Source: Marsupella aquatica
Taxonomy: Eukaryota; Plantae; Marchantiophyta
NCBI GenBank assembly: GCA_973895155.1
Contig: OZ316893.1
Span: 27,476,210 to 27,540,209, forward strand
Direction: 5' to 3'
Length of the DNA: 64,000 nucleotides
Part shown: in pieces, positions 36,492 through 52,588 of the stretch
How positions within the stretch are numbered: position 1 is the stretch's first letter
How the letters are laid out: every line of letters starts with the position of its first letter
Program-made: the position numbers and the translations under genes
The notes under the pieces: generated by a model
Seen by the model: the letters and a program-made list of their open reading frames with translations, nothing else
The model's database searches: none
What the model was told of the DNA's origin: nothing

Positions 36492-37259
36492 ATGGCTGTG
36501 CAGAAGTTATTTGATGTTTGCAAAGCAGTGTTTCCAATGGCCGCCAATTTTGCACCTCCATCTGCGGAGTCTCTGCACCGAGTGCGTACAGTTCTGGATG
36601 GTATCAAGGCCGCAGATGTTGGGCTCGAGGAGAACTCTGTCGAGCAGGAGCGAGGGTTTGGCATGTTTGGGAGGAATGGTATGAGAGGGCGGCACTCCAT
36701 CTCCGCCCGGTGGGCTCCTCCGATTTCATACCTCCATTTGTACGAGTGTGAGAGCTTCTCCATGGGCATATTTTGCCTCCCAACATCAGCTGTGATTCCC
36801 CTCCACAACCATCCCGGCATGACGGTTTTGAGCAAGATGCTATATGGATCCATGCATGTCAAAGCATACGACTGGGTCTCCTCTCATGATGAAAGGCTGA
36901 ACGGGAATGCGTCAAGGCCAAGGATTGCGGAACTGGTGCTAGACAAAATCTTGACTGCTCCTTGCGAAACCGCCATTCTGCATCCCACAAGCGGAGGAAA
37001 CATCCATGCGTTCACTGCGGTGACCCCTTGTGCTGTACTCGATGTTCTGGCTCCTCCATACTCTGCAATAAATGGCAGGCATTGCACATACTACAGGGAG
37101 TACTTAACTGGCCTTCTTCCTGGGGTTGAAGCAGGGATACTAAAAGATGAGGGCACGGATGAGAATGATCAAGGTTACAGTTGGTTAGAGGAATTCCAAC
37201 CTCCTGATGATTTTGTAGTGCACAGGGGCGTATATAGGGGTCCCAAGATTGTGCCGTGA
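36492..37259 (+). CDS. PCO: Plant cysteine oxidase (PCO/ADO family), coding region without introns
   Basis: VQKLFDVCK, YLHLYEC, PLHNHPGMTVLSK, GGNIHAFTAVTPCAVLDVLAPPY, GRHCTYY and YRGPKI. The His triad HNH...H is present. Confidence 0.95.
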   Translation: MAVQKLFDVCKAVFPMAANFAPPSAESLHRVRTVLDGIKAADVGLEENSVEQERGFGMFGRNGMRGRHSISARWAPPISYLHLYECESFSMGIFCLPTSAVIPLHNHPGMTVLSKMLYGSMHVKAYDWVSSHDERLNGNASRPRIAELVLDKILTAPCETAILHPTSGGNIHAFTAVTPCAVLDVLAPPYSAINGRHCTYYREYLTGLLPGVEAGILKDEGTDENDQGYSWLEEFQPPDDFVVHRGVYRGPKIVP

Positions 37260-39129
37260 CAATGCCTCTCCTTGATGTAAGCCTTTTCTGTCGCTGGCCG
37301 CACCCCTCAAACCAATCTTTGCACATCTAGAGGAGAAAGCCTGCTTGGAGACGATTATCTGTGCAATCCAGAAGTGGTGCCAACATGTAAGGTTCAGACC
37401 CGCTGGAACTGTATTAGTTTTTAGGGGTCCTACATTTCGATAGTTTCGGTGACAATCAAGCCGCCTTCAGACAGACAACCTGAATTTGGGCGATGCCCAA
37501 CTGTATTTGTAGATATTTATACCCAGATAGCCATCTTCTGGAAAGTAGCAGAAAAAGTATCGTAGCAGTTTATTAGTGCCGACATGTCCAAGATTGGACT
37601 AGCGCAATAGTCCAGCAGTCAAGTCGACAATGCTTCCCTGAACTTGGAAGTAATTCCGTTTCCAAGTGATTGTGCAAAAGGTTTGAATCCGTCCTCCTAT
37701 GTGCGAAGGGCATTTCTGCTGAACCGTCCACTTCTGTGATGATTTTAATCCGTGACTCACAGAAATAAGAGTGTTGATCTGTAAAGACAAAGTAGTTTTC
37801 TAAGGGACATTCATTTTTTTGCATTGCTAGTAAAATGGTGGTTTCTCTCTCTTTATTGTTTCCTATTCTCCTGATGAGGTCCACTGGTCCAGCCCTTGAG
37901 CAAGAGGGCCGATTAGCCCTATTTGATCTCTGTAGGTAGGATGGAAGAGTTCGATTGGAAATGTACTTCAGATATTATACACATTCCCAGATATCAGTTT
38001 ACACAAGGGAAGTTTTCTCCAATTTGAAAGCTATTGACAAAAAGCTTCTGCCAGAAAAGATCAGTTCATTCACTAGTGTGTAACAGTCTGTCACCTTCAT
38101 GGATATATTCTTCTTAAACGGCTCTGTTAGACTGCGATGCTCCTCGTGAAGTTCTCAATAAGCTTGAACCTTTTTACAGTTGTTTGTAGACTTCGTATCA
38201 TTCCTCAATTTCTTGTAAGCAGTTTATGGAGACTGCAAAGTGAGATAAATGGGTTGAGCTACATAAGGCTGTGATGGGCTGGTTGAAATTTTGTTCCATT
38301 GCTCTCTGGTGCTTATCCACAGCAGCAAACAAATCCACAATATCCGCTTTCAGGGGCGCCATTTACTAGGGATGGGATCTGTTAATCATCGTCTGCATTT
38401 GACTGATCAAACTGTACTTTCTGCCGCCTGTGCTCTGTATTCAATTCCAATTCATCTGGATTCTTCCATCATTAAATTGCTGTATAGGATGCTGAGTTAA
38501 AGCTCAAGAAGGTCGTGTTCAAGGTTTACATCTTATTCCGCTTTCCGCACACTTGGGTATGTCCTACCTGATTGCCACTGGACTTTTTGAGGTGTCAACA
38601 GTTCGATTAGTCTACTAGTGGGTAGGAATCGTCACGGTGCATTTCGGTCATTTGTAATGCTGTACATTAGTTAGAAATGATGAAAATTTTATAAATTTTA
38701 AACTTTTTCTAACTCAAGGTACAATCTAGTTACCTTTTGTAGCAATTTAGATCAACTGAACACTTTACTTAACGTTATGCTTCATTGGAGGCTATTGCCT
38801 CTATTGGATAAGGATCGACAATATAAATCATTGCTCTTTACATGCTACCAAGAAAGAAGATTGGACATCATTGGAGAAGCAATGCAGGCTAGAAGATTCA
38901 AGAACCGGCCTCCAAAACATTTCTTCAACAAGAATGAGCTCTGTATACAATTATCACAATCAGCCGATCTCTGCTATTTTAGTTAAATAGCTATCATGGT
39001 CAGAAAAGTCTCATACTTTTTCAGGAGGTAGTAGTTGCGTAGTAGAATCATCCCTGCAAGTTTCATCTCAAACCGACATGTGGTTTGAAAGTTAAAATTA
39101 ATTTAGTTTTACTGTTTTTCATATAACCG

Positions 39130-39765
39130 TGACTTCGCCGACGCTTTCTGAAGCGTTCCTTGTATTTTTGGACGCTTTGAAAAGCGTCCACCCAAGACCA
39201 CAACGCTTTCTGAAGCGTCCACCACCCAACCAGTTGTACTCCGACGCTCTGCAATCCACATGAGGAGCGACGCCCACAGAAGCGTCTGCTACCCCGAAGG
39301 CGACATCGACACTACGACGCCCACTGAAGCGTCCCGCCCGGAGCCCAGAAAATGGACGCTGTGACCAAAACCTCGAAATTCAGCCGACGCTTTCTGAAGC
39401 GTCCATAAAAGTACTTTGTAGTTTTGGACGCTTTCTGAAGCGTCCACTATGTTCCCGACACTTAGAAAAATTTTCAGTTTTCGCACTTTTATAACACTGC
39501 GCCGCTTTTACCGATTTATTTGAGGCACTTAGAGATCTCAGAAAAGTCCGAAACTTTGTCAGCATAGAGATTATATGTAGTAGAGTACCCTAGAAAAGTT
39601 TCAACTCATTCCGACTCTTAGTTTAGAAGTTAAAATTAGATTAAAATCACTATTTATTAGTTTTACCGCAAACACCGACGCTTTGCAAAGCGTCCGCTCA
39701 AACCTCGACGCTTTGAGAAGCGTCCCCTGCATTTTTGACACTTTCAGCAGTGTCCATTCACTTTT
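39130..39765. repeat. Non-autonomous DNA-transposon-like segment with about 10 palindromes GACGCTT-nnnn-AAGCGTC
   Basis: Copies near 39140, 39171, 39202, 39269, 39316, 39386, 39427, 39677, 39707 and 39737, flanking a GAAACTTTG...AAAGTTTC core. Confidence 0.7.
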
Positions 39766-42084
39766 CAAGGATGACCGTCATTAAGTTTATTCAAGACCCT
39801 TTAGATATGAAAGGGCATGTCCTTTCTGTATCTCAGTCTCCTTGCGTTCCTGCTAGCCTATATGAAGTAGAATTTGTGTCATTCTCGAGTGTGAAGAAAT
39901 AAAGTAGTGCCTGTGGCATGTGCTGCAACACTGGAATCACCTTTGCAAAGCTTTCGAGTGTTTTCGTATGGAATGGAGCTTGCAAATGCAAAAGAATTCT
40001 TCTCCCTTCCTTGGTCTGAATGATTGAGAGTTTAGATCATTGAAGTAAAATTACTTGTATGAAGTTGAATCTCAGAAGTATGAGGGAATAGATTCCTTAA
40101 GTGGTGACAACCCATCTTCTTGAGTTCTTGATGCATAGTTTTTGGCATGACATTGCTTGTGCACGGATGCAAAGATTGTTACTCACCAATTACCTGTGAC
40201 TTCAATTTGATCATGATGGTGTTTATTATTCGTGACTCAGAATACCGACTGGATATCGAAGTGATTGATTACTAGTTTCTTCTGAGTACCTTTGGAAGGA
40301 AAAGTTGAGACGTGTTGATGACATTTTAGTAATCATCCTAGTACAGTAATCCATTCCAGAAATGTTCTTACAGATTTACCACCCAAATCACATCAAATGA
40401 AGTATTGATGAGAAGTTACCTTGGTGTTTTCCAGACTCCCTCATTATACCTCAAGATTTCATTGTGTTTTGTTATTTGTTTCCATTTTATTAATTGTATT
40501 TACAATGTTAAGCAAACATTCAAATCTATACCTTGCTGAGCAATCATAGTAAAAGGCTCAAATCTGTGTTTTTGTTACCTTAGTCATTCATAAGTGTTAA
40601 ATGATAGAAAATCATTCCTTTCTTGTTCTTCCATGGGATCGAATACCGAGTTTTGGACATTAAATGCTGATTTATGTCCTTAGTGCAATACTACATCATT
40701 AATTCTCGAGATTTCTGTGAGACAACAACTAGGAGAAGATGACTACTTGACTTGCAAACAGTCATTGTTGCAATGCAGCCTCCTTGATTGGATTAGGAAA
40801 ACCTGCAGTGCATCTTCCTGTTAAATTTCATGTTGATTTCAGAAATCTAAGTACAACAGCTACTCAAAATATAAGGTCATTGTACATTAATATTGAAACA
40901 ACATACCTAGTCCAAGATCAGGTCATCAAATTGAAGCACTACCTAAAGTTGTTACGAGTCTAACTCCTGACAATCCTTCTACAGTCGTCTCCCTCGGTTT
41001 TCAGTTCACAACTCAACTTTGAGGCAACTCTTTCAATAACACTGTTGCATGAAGCGCTTGCTTGTTCCGGTAATCAAGAGACCCATCATGTCCACATTAC
41101 CTCATATATTTGAGAAACTGTTCTCCCAATCACTTCTACTAGCTACCATCTCTTGTGGACCAATCTGATCGACCCTGGCAAGCAAACTTTCAAGACTTTT
41201 TACCTTTTCATGAGCAAATGTGAGGCACATTTGAGCAAGTGCTGTGAAATCTGTGTTAATTCAAGTGACATGTCCTTGTTGTCAAGAGAACACCGTTCTG
41301 CCCATGATTCTAGCTATCACGTCTCTGACCATTTCGAAAGAATATGCAAGCCAACAGTCAAGAATTTACGTTTGACGAGCAATGAGGGGCAAATTGCGAG
41401 TTGGGATCGGTACGTGCTGTAAATTCTGTGGCATTCAAGTCGGTGAATATCTCTCATGTGCTATACGAGCTGATGGACCTCAAAACCTCTTGAATTAAGC
41501 TTGATCCGCATTGTCCAAGGCTTGTATTCCATTCGTACTGAAACAGCTTAAAACCCGGTTGCAGGTATTCTAATTCATTCAAAAGGTTTAAGTGCGCAGC
41601 TTTCATTTACTCCTCTGGTCTCGTTCCTAGGGATATGTTGGTTACTGTACACGCAAGGAAGTGCCTCCGAGAACCGAGATCATTCTGTCTCACATTCCCA
41701 TTGCATGAGCTGAAACAGGAAGGGCGGTGACGTCCTCAGAAGATCCAGTACCTTCCAATTAGGCGATCAATCCGCCCACTTTTCTTCGTTTCATTTGCTT
41801 TGGAGTGGAATCAAAGAAATCGGCAACAGTTGAAGATGCTGAAGATTGCCGACAAACTTGTGCCTTAAGATCCAAACATGGCGGTGCTGAAAACTTCGAC
41901 TCATCGGAGAGAAACTAACTTGGGTGAAGTCCCCGACCTGGGCGTGGTGATGAGAGGCTGATCTCATGCGTACTTCTTGTAGGGTCCAGGTCGAGATTGG
42001 GTTATGACATTATCCACAGATGCACACTTGTCGAGAGGAGCTTGACCAGTGTTTTCTTTTTCTCAAAGTTTTATCGGTATTGGT

Positions 42085-42212
42085 CCCTTTTCCATCTGTT
42101 TATCAGTACTCTACTAAATTGTCTGTAGTAACAATACTGCCACATTTTCCCTTTTCCATCTGTTTATCAGTACGCTACTAAATTGTCTGTAGTAACAATA
42201 CTGCCACATTTT
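42085..42212. repeat. 64-bp tandem duplication
   Basis: CCCTTTTCCATCTGTTTATCAGTAC...GCCACATTTT twice, with 1 mismatch. Confidence 0.9.
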
Positions 42213-43674
42213 CTTTTCTAGCGACAAATCTATCATGGTTATATATATGGTTTATCGAACCTGGGTTGATCTGTGTGACATGCAATGCTCCGATCAATAG
42301 ATGCAAATTCCTCAACTCAAGTGTGAGAGTTTAAATCACTTGAATATTTCACTTCAATCACTAGTATTTCATTTAATTCCGGTAGTCTAAATTTTGTCTA
42401 GGATTTAGACTTTTTGAAATCTATACTAGTGAGCATCTGTGCAAAGAAAGGTGTAATCCAAGTAACTTGTTATATCCCAAAATAGTTATGTCGGTTTTGG
42501 TGGCCCGTTGGAGCATCTGGTCAATGTTGCAGTGTGTGGAAACTTTGGTTTCAAGATTTGGCTTGCAATTTATGCAAAGAAGAAAAGTAAGTTGGAAAAG
42601 TTGGACTACATGTGGTTTGAGCTCGAGGTCACTAAATGTGATGAGTGGTGTACAATAAACCTCTGCCTTACTGCTTACCCCAATGTAAAGGGATTAATCA
42701 TCTCATTTTTTTGGACTTGCTTTGGAATGTGTAAAGTTGTTCTAACTTGAACCAATATGATGCTACAATACAAAGGAATATGAACTTTAATACAACCTTT
42801 GGTTGCAATTTGTTTTTGGTACTTGATTTGTTTAGAAAACCTCTTGAAAATGAAACAGCACAGCTGCAAGGCGCTGTTTCGGACTCTAGGGTACAGGGAG
42901 TTGAAGCAAGTTGTTACTTAAAATGCTCAGAAAACCTACTGAGAAATTGAATCGTACGGTTGTATGGGTTGTGTCCCTCAGCTCTGAGTAGTAGGTAGTT
43001 TGAGGCAGCAAGTTGAAAAATTGGCAGAATAAATGGTTCAGGCTATGATGGTCCATAGCTAGAGGGGTAAAGTCAATGGCAGAACTCTAGAGTCCTCACT
43101 ACAATATTGTTGTCAACAGAGTCATCATGAGGAGTCTAAGCCAGTTGAAAAAATTATTTCAGGGAATGAGTTGAAGTTGAAAAGGCAACAATCCACAGGT
43201 GAATTTACACATTTTGCCAAATGAAACACCAGCAGTGTCAGTGGTATTATCAATCTGTTGACACTATTATTGTTGCGAGCACTCTGGAGTTTTCATGGAA
43301 CTCTAACCCTCTAGCTATGACTGTCATAAACAAGGCATTCATGCCTTTCAAGAGGAGAATACACAACTGCTTGATTAAAGTACAGAACTACATAATTGCA
43401 GCATGTACAAGTGCATTCCCTGGTTAAGTGCCCGGTTAAGTGCAGGCTGACATGTAGTTGTCTTCTAATATTAGAGTATTTTTCTTTGTAAATGCACCAA
43501 AAAATGCAAGTTGCATAGGTCTAGGTAGAAGATCACTATCTGACAAGTGTATTTCCTTCCATAAGATGTACACATGCATTTTTAGGTACTGCAACATATA
43601 TAGGAAGGATTTTCATCAGAGCAGCAAATATTACATAAAATAGTTTCACGCACTTATCTAGTTGAGTCCAATGT

Positions 43675-44030
43675 TGTTAAATATTGCTCTAGTCTTGTGA
43701 CTCATGAGCTAACCATAGTTAGTTTAACTTGGGTTAGGACCGAGGTTAGGACTTAGCTAATGTTAACGGTAGTGCTGTTGTGAGTATAGCCAGGGCTGAT
43801 GCCAGACCCTGGTGAAACTTAGGCTCATTGTTACGGAGCTAGTTGAGAGATAGAGAGAGCTTGTGCTGTGGATGCTTGGTATGGCCAGTCGACCTAGAGT
43901 GCAGTAAAGTTCTTGTGTGTTCCCGTGGACGTAACCTCATGTGGAGGTGAAACACGTATCTCTTTGTGTCGACTCTTGTGCGTTGGATGGTTCATGGGCT
44001 TGCAATTGCGAATGTCGTCTATGCTCAACA
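43675..44030. mobile_element. Solo LTR (356 bp)
   Basis: TGTTAA...TCAACA with TSD AATGT. Its start TGTTAAATATTGCTCTAGTCTTGTGACTCAT matches the reverse complement of the end of 18732-19064. Confidence 0.85.
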
Positions 44031-44713
44031 AATGTGTGGGGGACTTGACAACACTCAATACCCTTCATGGTTTTTCTCTTTACAATTTTTTGGGGCATTA
44101 TGGGAGAAGAATGCACACTCAAGATTGTATCAATTCATTAACTAAGAAATTCTCATCTACTTTCACTAAAATTAGGCAACAGAAACTTCTCTTAGGCCTT
44201 TAATTATATTAATTTCTTACCAAAGCATCATGGACAATAATAGCCCTCAAAACTCAAGCTCTTGTTTTTAAGGGCATTATACATCTTTGCCCTATAAACA
44301 GGATTGCCCTATAAACAGGACTTGACTGCATATATACTAGCCTGACGCTCATGCATAGCACCAAAGAAGTTGAGACAAGGCAAGATGCAGAGGCGAGGCA
44401 TAAGCATATCCCATGCCCTTATTTGGTATTGCAAAAAGTGCACAGATGGATGAGGGCATAAATGATATTCTATGCTTGGGGGGTGCAGGCTTGGGGAGCA
44501 CTGAAGACGTTTTGGAGTGTAAAGCCATCGACAAGGGGGACCCCCACCGAACGAAGGAAGGACGAGAATTTGTTGGTTTCGTCGTGGCAAAGGAAAGTGG
44601 GAGTAAACTACTGAAAGCCTACGGCTCTCGTGTCGGTCTGCTAAGCCCAGCTTTGCTCTGCGGCCGGGGGCGGGCGTGGTTCGAGATTGGATTGGGAGCA
44701 GCACCATTCATCG

Positions 44714-47958
<3,245 letters not shown>

Positions 47959-50900
47959 AGATGGCAGTCAAGAAAGATGGACGATAATTTAGTCTAGAAT
48001 TCAATCTGCACGCAAGGGCAAGGGTAATGATCGTTCACAAGACCGGACAGTCTAGGAGAGGAAGTAGTATGAAGTAGTTTTTATCTCTTCATGAATTCAT
48101 GCGGAAAGCATGCATGTCACTTTGCTGAGAGCTCTGATCACTTGCTTTGAGTAGAGATTGAAGAAGATCAGAGGAGCAGTGAGTGCCTTCCTGTCTATAT
48201 GTCGGTGCGCATAGTCCCTGGAGGAGCAAGGGGCACACCCATCCTTGCAGGCAAGGCGGCATATTAATAAGAAATTAAATACTTCTTTTGAGACCTTCAG
48301 TCTTGACGGGTATGCAGTGGACAGAAGTCGGTGGTTGGTTCAGTAGAAAACTTTACTAGTGCGAATGACTGACTATCTGGAAAAGAAAATCTGGCTTGCA
48401 CACTCCCGAATGAGGAATTGGAAAGCAATCATGTTTACAGAGACTTGAGACCGGTCGGATGAATGAGTCCAAATAAGAGAGCTGCAAGAGCAACCCCGCG
48501 GCCGGACTGGCCCATTCTGCTTCGAGAAGGAAAGGTTGGGATTTCCTTCTAGAACATTGAATCAGAGATTTAAGTACGCCTTGGCTTCTGTATAAAGCGG
48601 CCTGTCCCTGTCATGCTGCAGATTTCCTCATCCTGCAAGTCCGGAGCTCGGATTTCTTGCCATGTCTCCAAGCTATTTGAATTCTCCAACCTGCCACTCA
48701 ATGCTTCCCGCATCCCTGTGCAGCATATGCAAGCTTAAAATAGGAATTGATTGAGTTAAAGTTCAGGCTACAATTTAAGTCTACAAGAGAAATCCTTCAT
48801 CCATGAGGACAAATGCTAGCAACCCAAGGTAATTGCCATGTGAGGACACAAATGGCAGAAAAAATCTGTGAGACCACCTGAACCTAGATTCTTTGAGTAA
48901 CAAGCTGAAACTCCGATCAGTTGTGCGAATCAACATCAGACTGTACTACAAAACGTCTCGAGTGGTCTCAAGCGGAGCATCTTTTGTGCAACACGAGCGT
49001 GAGGAAATGATCCACCTGGAAGAAGTGTTTCTCAGCATAGCAACGCACAAGATAGTATAGCATCTCTTAGGGACGAAAAGCAAAGTGAAACGTCTGTCTC
49101 GGCAAGAGGTGATTAAGGACAGTGTTCCATGTGCAACTCAAAGCTCCATTTGCAACTCAAAGCGCCACCTTTGACTGATAAACCCCAAAAACTGATTCAC
49201 GAGTGAAGGTAAAAGAAAAGAAAAGACCTATCGCCCGTGGTGAAGGAAGTGGGCCACTGATTGGTGAGAGGACGCAGTGGAAATAACACCAGTTTCCTGT
49301 GATTACGAACCAGCTCCAGCAAAGCTCGCTATGAGTAAAGTACCCATGATGAACCCGTCACAAAAGCATTTTGACTCCAGCTCCACCAGGCATTGCTCTG
49401 TCAAGACTCGGAGCAATTACCTGCACTGACAGATACCAATTATCTTTCCAAACATGAGTGTGACCCGGTGGGACAAGATCCCAAAGGCAGGAGACCGAAT
49501 AAAGAGGAGAAAACACGAGAAAACACACTGGCAGGTTGTTCACTAAGAAACTCGGTTTCCCATTTTTTAAATGAACATTGTGCTGTGGCAGCGGCAATGC
49601 TTCCTTTGCATGGGCGATTAAAAATCTGCACAGCGTATCGAGTTATGTCAGTCTCAACTCTCTGTCTTCAACCAGGTCTTACTGGTCAGGGGTGACGTCC
49701 CAATCATGAAACCTCAGGTTCAATTCCTGCGCAGAGAGTTCTACACTAGATTTCTGCTCCGGCATCTTATTGGGTTTTGTGCCAAATCGATTTGGGCTTA
49801 TAAAATATGTTATGCGCTACAGGCACTTGGGAGTTGTACAACAAACAATGTAAACCAAGGGTTGTCCCTACCTTGTAAACTAGTTGCAGAGCTTGTTCAA
49901 AGGCAGTCTCACCGTTACAAAGAATTAGTCCCAAGATTGATTCGAATCACAACCTTCAGGTCATCATGGGTGGAGGAAGATTGAAAGTGCAGAAGGGGCA
50001 ACTCTAACAGAACTGTCATGCGTTTGTGGGGTGGAGGAGAAAGATGGAAAGAAAAAAGGGAAAAACTAACACCTATTTGACACTCCATGCTCTCCTCCTC
50101 TCCAATAACATCACTTTTGTAATAATAAAAAATCAACAATAACTTTTTTGCATACTTACCCAATCAAAACGAAACAATCTTACAACCACACACATGATTG
50201 CAGAGATAAAGCACTTGGAATGGCAGCAATCACACAGTCTCAATGACAACCTACTTAGTTGAAAGGACAATTGACTTCCACTATCACGGGTCTCGGTAAT
50301 TGCACATCAAAATATGACATTTACGATGTATGACACCCTTACATACCGTGATAACCCTAGTTTTTTTCTTTCAATCAGTGAATGCAGCCACATTTTGATG
50401 TGTGATTACCAACAGGGCACTATCACAACACAAGTACACTGACAACTTGATCACAAGGATATCAGAGTCACAACCATTGGACTCAAAAGTTTACTTTCAG
50501 GGTCTCAATGACTTTGTTGTGTCAAAGACACACCCTTGCATCAATGTAGCTAAGCTTCTGAACAGTTTATGTCTAACATAGACATTTTTTACATTGACAA
50601 GATGGCCTCATGTACAATCATGTCACACATTGAACTAGTTTAGACTATGAATAATAATGAGCTGTAAGTCTGGTACAAAGAACCTTTCCCATGCATACGT
50701 GTAGAGTAGGTTATCTTGTGTTCGTGCTAGTCTTATTTATTGATACTGTACTATACTCGAGCTTTACTGCCATGGCATTCAATGATTGAAATATGAACAT
50801 TACTGTACTCAGCTGAGCTGCTCAGCACATTCCCAAAGGCTGGTTGATTCGGCCAAAGTGCAGCCACGCCTCGTCACTTCTCCCTCGCTATATCCAGTCT

Positions 50901-52155
50901 ACAAGACAGTACTTCACCCTTCCCAATTTTGTTACAGTCCAGTCTATGTTGTAGGCCCAATTTGTTCCAAATGGATGCCATGGATATAATTATCGGGTCA
51001 AGTTCATTTCCTGCCTAGGATATTCGAATAAGGCCATGGCGTTGTGTTAGGGGGAAAATGGTAGTTATACAGAAAGTTTCTCTTTGTAATTTTATGGAGA
51101 AGGGGAATTATGAGACTGCTCTGTCATTTACCAGAAATGATTATAAAATATAATTGTCCTAGGCTTTTAAGTGTATTTTTGATGCCAGTTCATTATGGAC
51201 AGTAAACGACAATGTTCCGTGACCAGGAGTTACCATATACTTTCTCCTTGCCCTGGGCACAAATTGAGTTTTTGTCTCCCAGCTTAAGCCGCATGATAGG
51301 AGACTACGAGTGCTATTTTTTCAATCAAAAAGGAGACTACGAGTGCTATTTCACTTCTTTCTCTTGCTTTTTTTTTTCCTTTTTTTTTCTTTTTCACTAT
51401 TAAGTGCTATTTCACTTTATTGAAAACACTGTATACTGTTTTGTGATCCTTGACTCTCTCCCCTCTCGTGGTGATGCCACTTGTTTCCTCTTTGGGTCCT
51501 GTGTGTGTTTGCTTCAAGAATCCTACTCAAGAGCAAGACTCCAACTTGGAGCAAAATCCTCTAGATTCGTTCTCGAATCCAGAAGTATCATGTTTACTAC
51601 TTGAACCGTTCCTGTCTATTCTGGAGACTATTCTCAATTTCATCCATCCAACTTTGGGAGCCTTTTAAATGTAGGCTCCACAACCGTTGACCGGGAGGAA
51701 CGGTCCCACAGCAATGAATGAAGTGTGGGATTGTAGAGGGTAAAGATAAACGACCACTTTAATGTATCCTTTCCGGCTTTCCCGCTATCGTCGTGCGCAA
51801 AGTAAATCTCGGTGATCTCATGGATTTCACATGAACTCAAAGGGGGAGCTAATTTAAAAAATATATTATTCATTGTATTTATAAAGTTAGAGTAGGGGTC
51901 TACACTGTAGGTTTCTAAAGTGAAATCTCAAAAAAATAACTCTATTACCCAACATGTGAAAAGAAAACTCATTGAAGTTGGGGTCTAGAGTGAAATATTA
52001 AAAAGATAACTTTATTGCCTAGCATGGGAAAAGGAAGACTCATCAGTATGATATATGTCAGATGATCATACATTATTTCTATCATGGTTTCTATTTACAA
52101 TCAAGAAATGTACAATTAGGCTCATGTACCCTAAGGGTGACTAGGTTAACACTTG

Positions 52156-52588
52156 CACTATAAAAAAAGGTGTTTTTATTCCAAATTATAGTCCAATGCT
52201 ATAATAGTTGCCTTTTCTCCAAAACAAAGAAGTAAAGACTGATTAATCAATGCTTTATGTCATAATAATTAGACTATCCCCACAATCTCGAGTGGAAAAG
52301 TTTTTACACCTAAAATTTTGTTCCAAGGATTCCGAGTAAAATTTTGTCTCAAGGACTCTACTTTCCAATAATTAATTCTGTTCTGCGGGAACCATTGCGG
52401 TAACCATTGCGTAACCGATCGTCTGTAAGGTAATTTAATTCTTTGCGCGAACCTGTTCGTCTCTACCATAAATCGTCTCACAGCAAATTGACGGGAATAT
52501 CCGTGGTTTTAGTCTTCCTGTCATTCCGGAAGTTGGTTGCTGATGGGGAGGGCAAAGTTCGGTACGACTACCTGAGTTTTTTCTAGTG
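52156..52588. mobile_element. Possible small non-autonomous CACTA element
   Basis: CACTATAAAAAA ... TTTTTTCTAGTG termini, but the 3-bp flanks do not match. Confidence 0.3.

Noticed and set aside
40800-42050. Coding-like minus-strand stretch (NTDFTALAQMCLTFAHEKVKSLESLL...)
   Set aside because: It has many stops and no recognisable domain. It is possibly a decayed TE ORF but cannot be supported.
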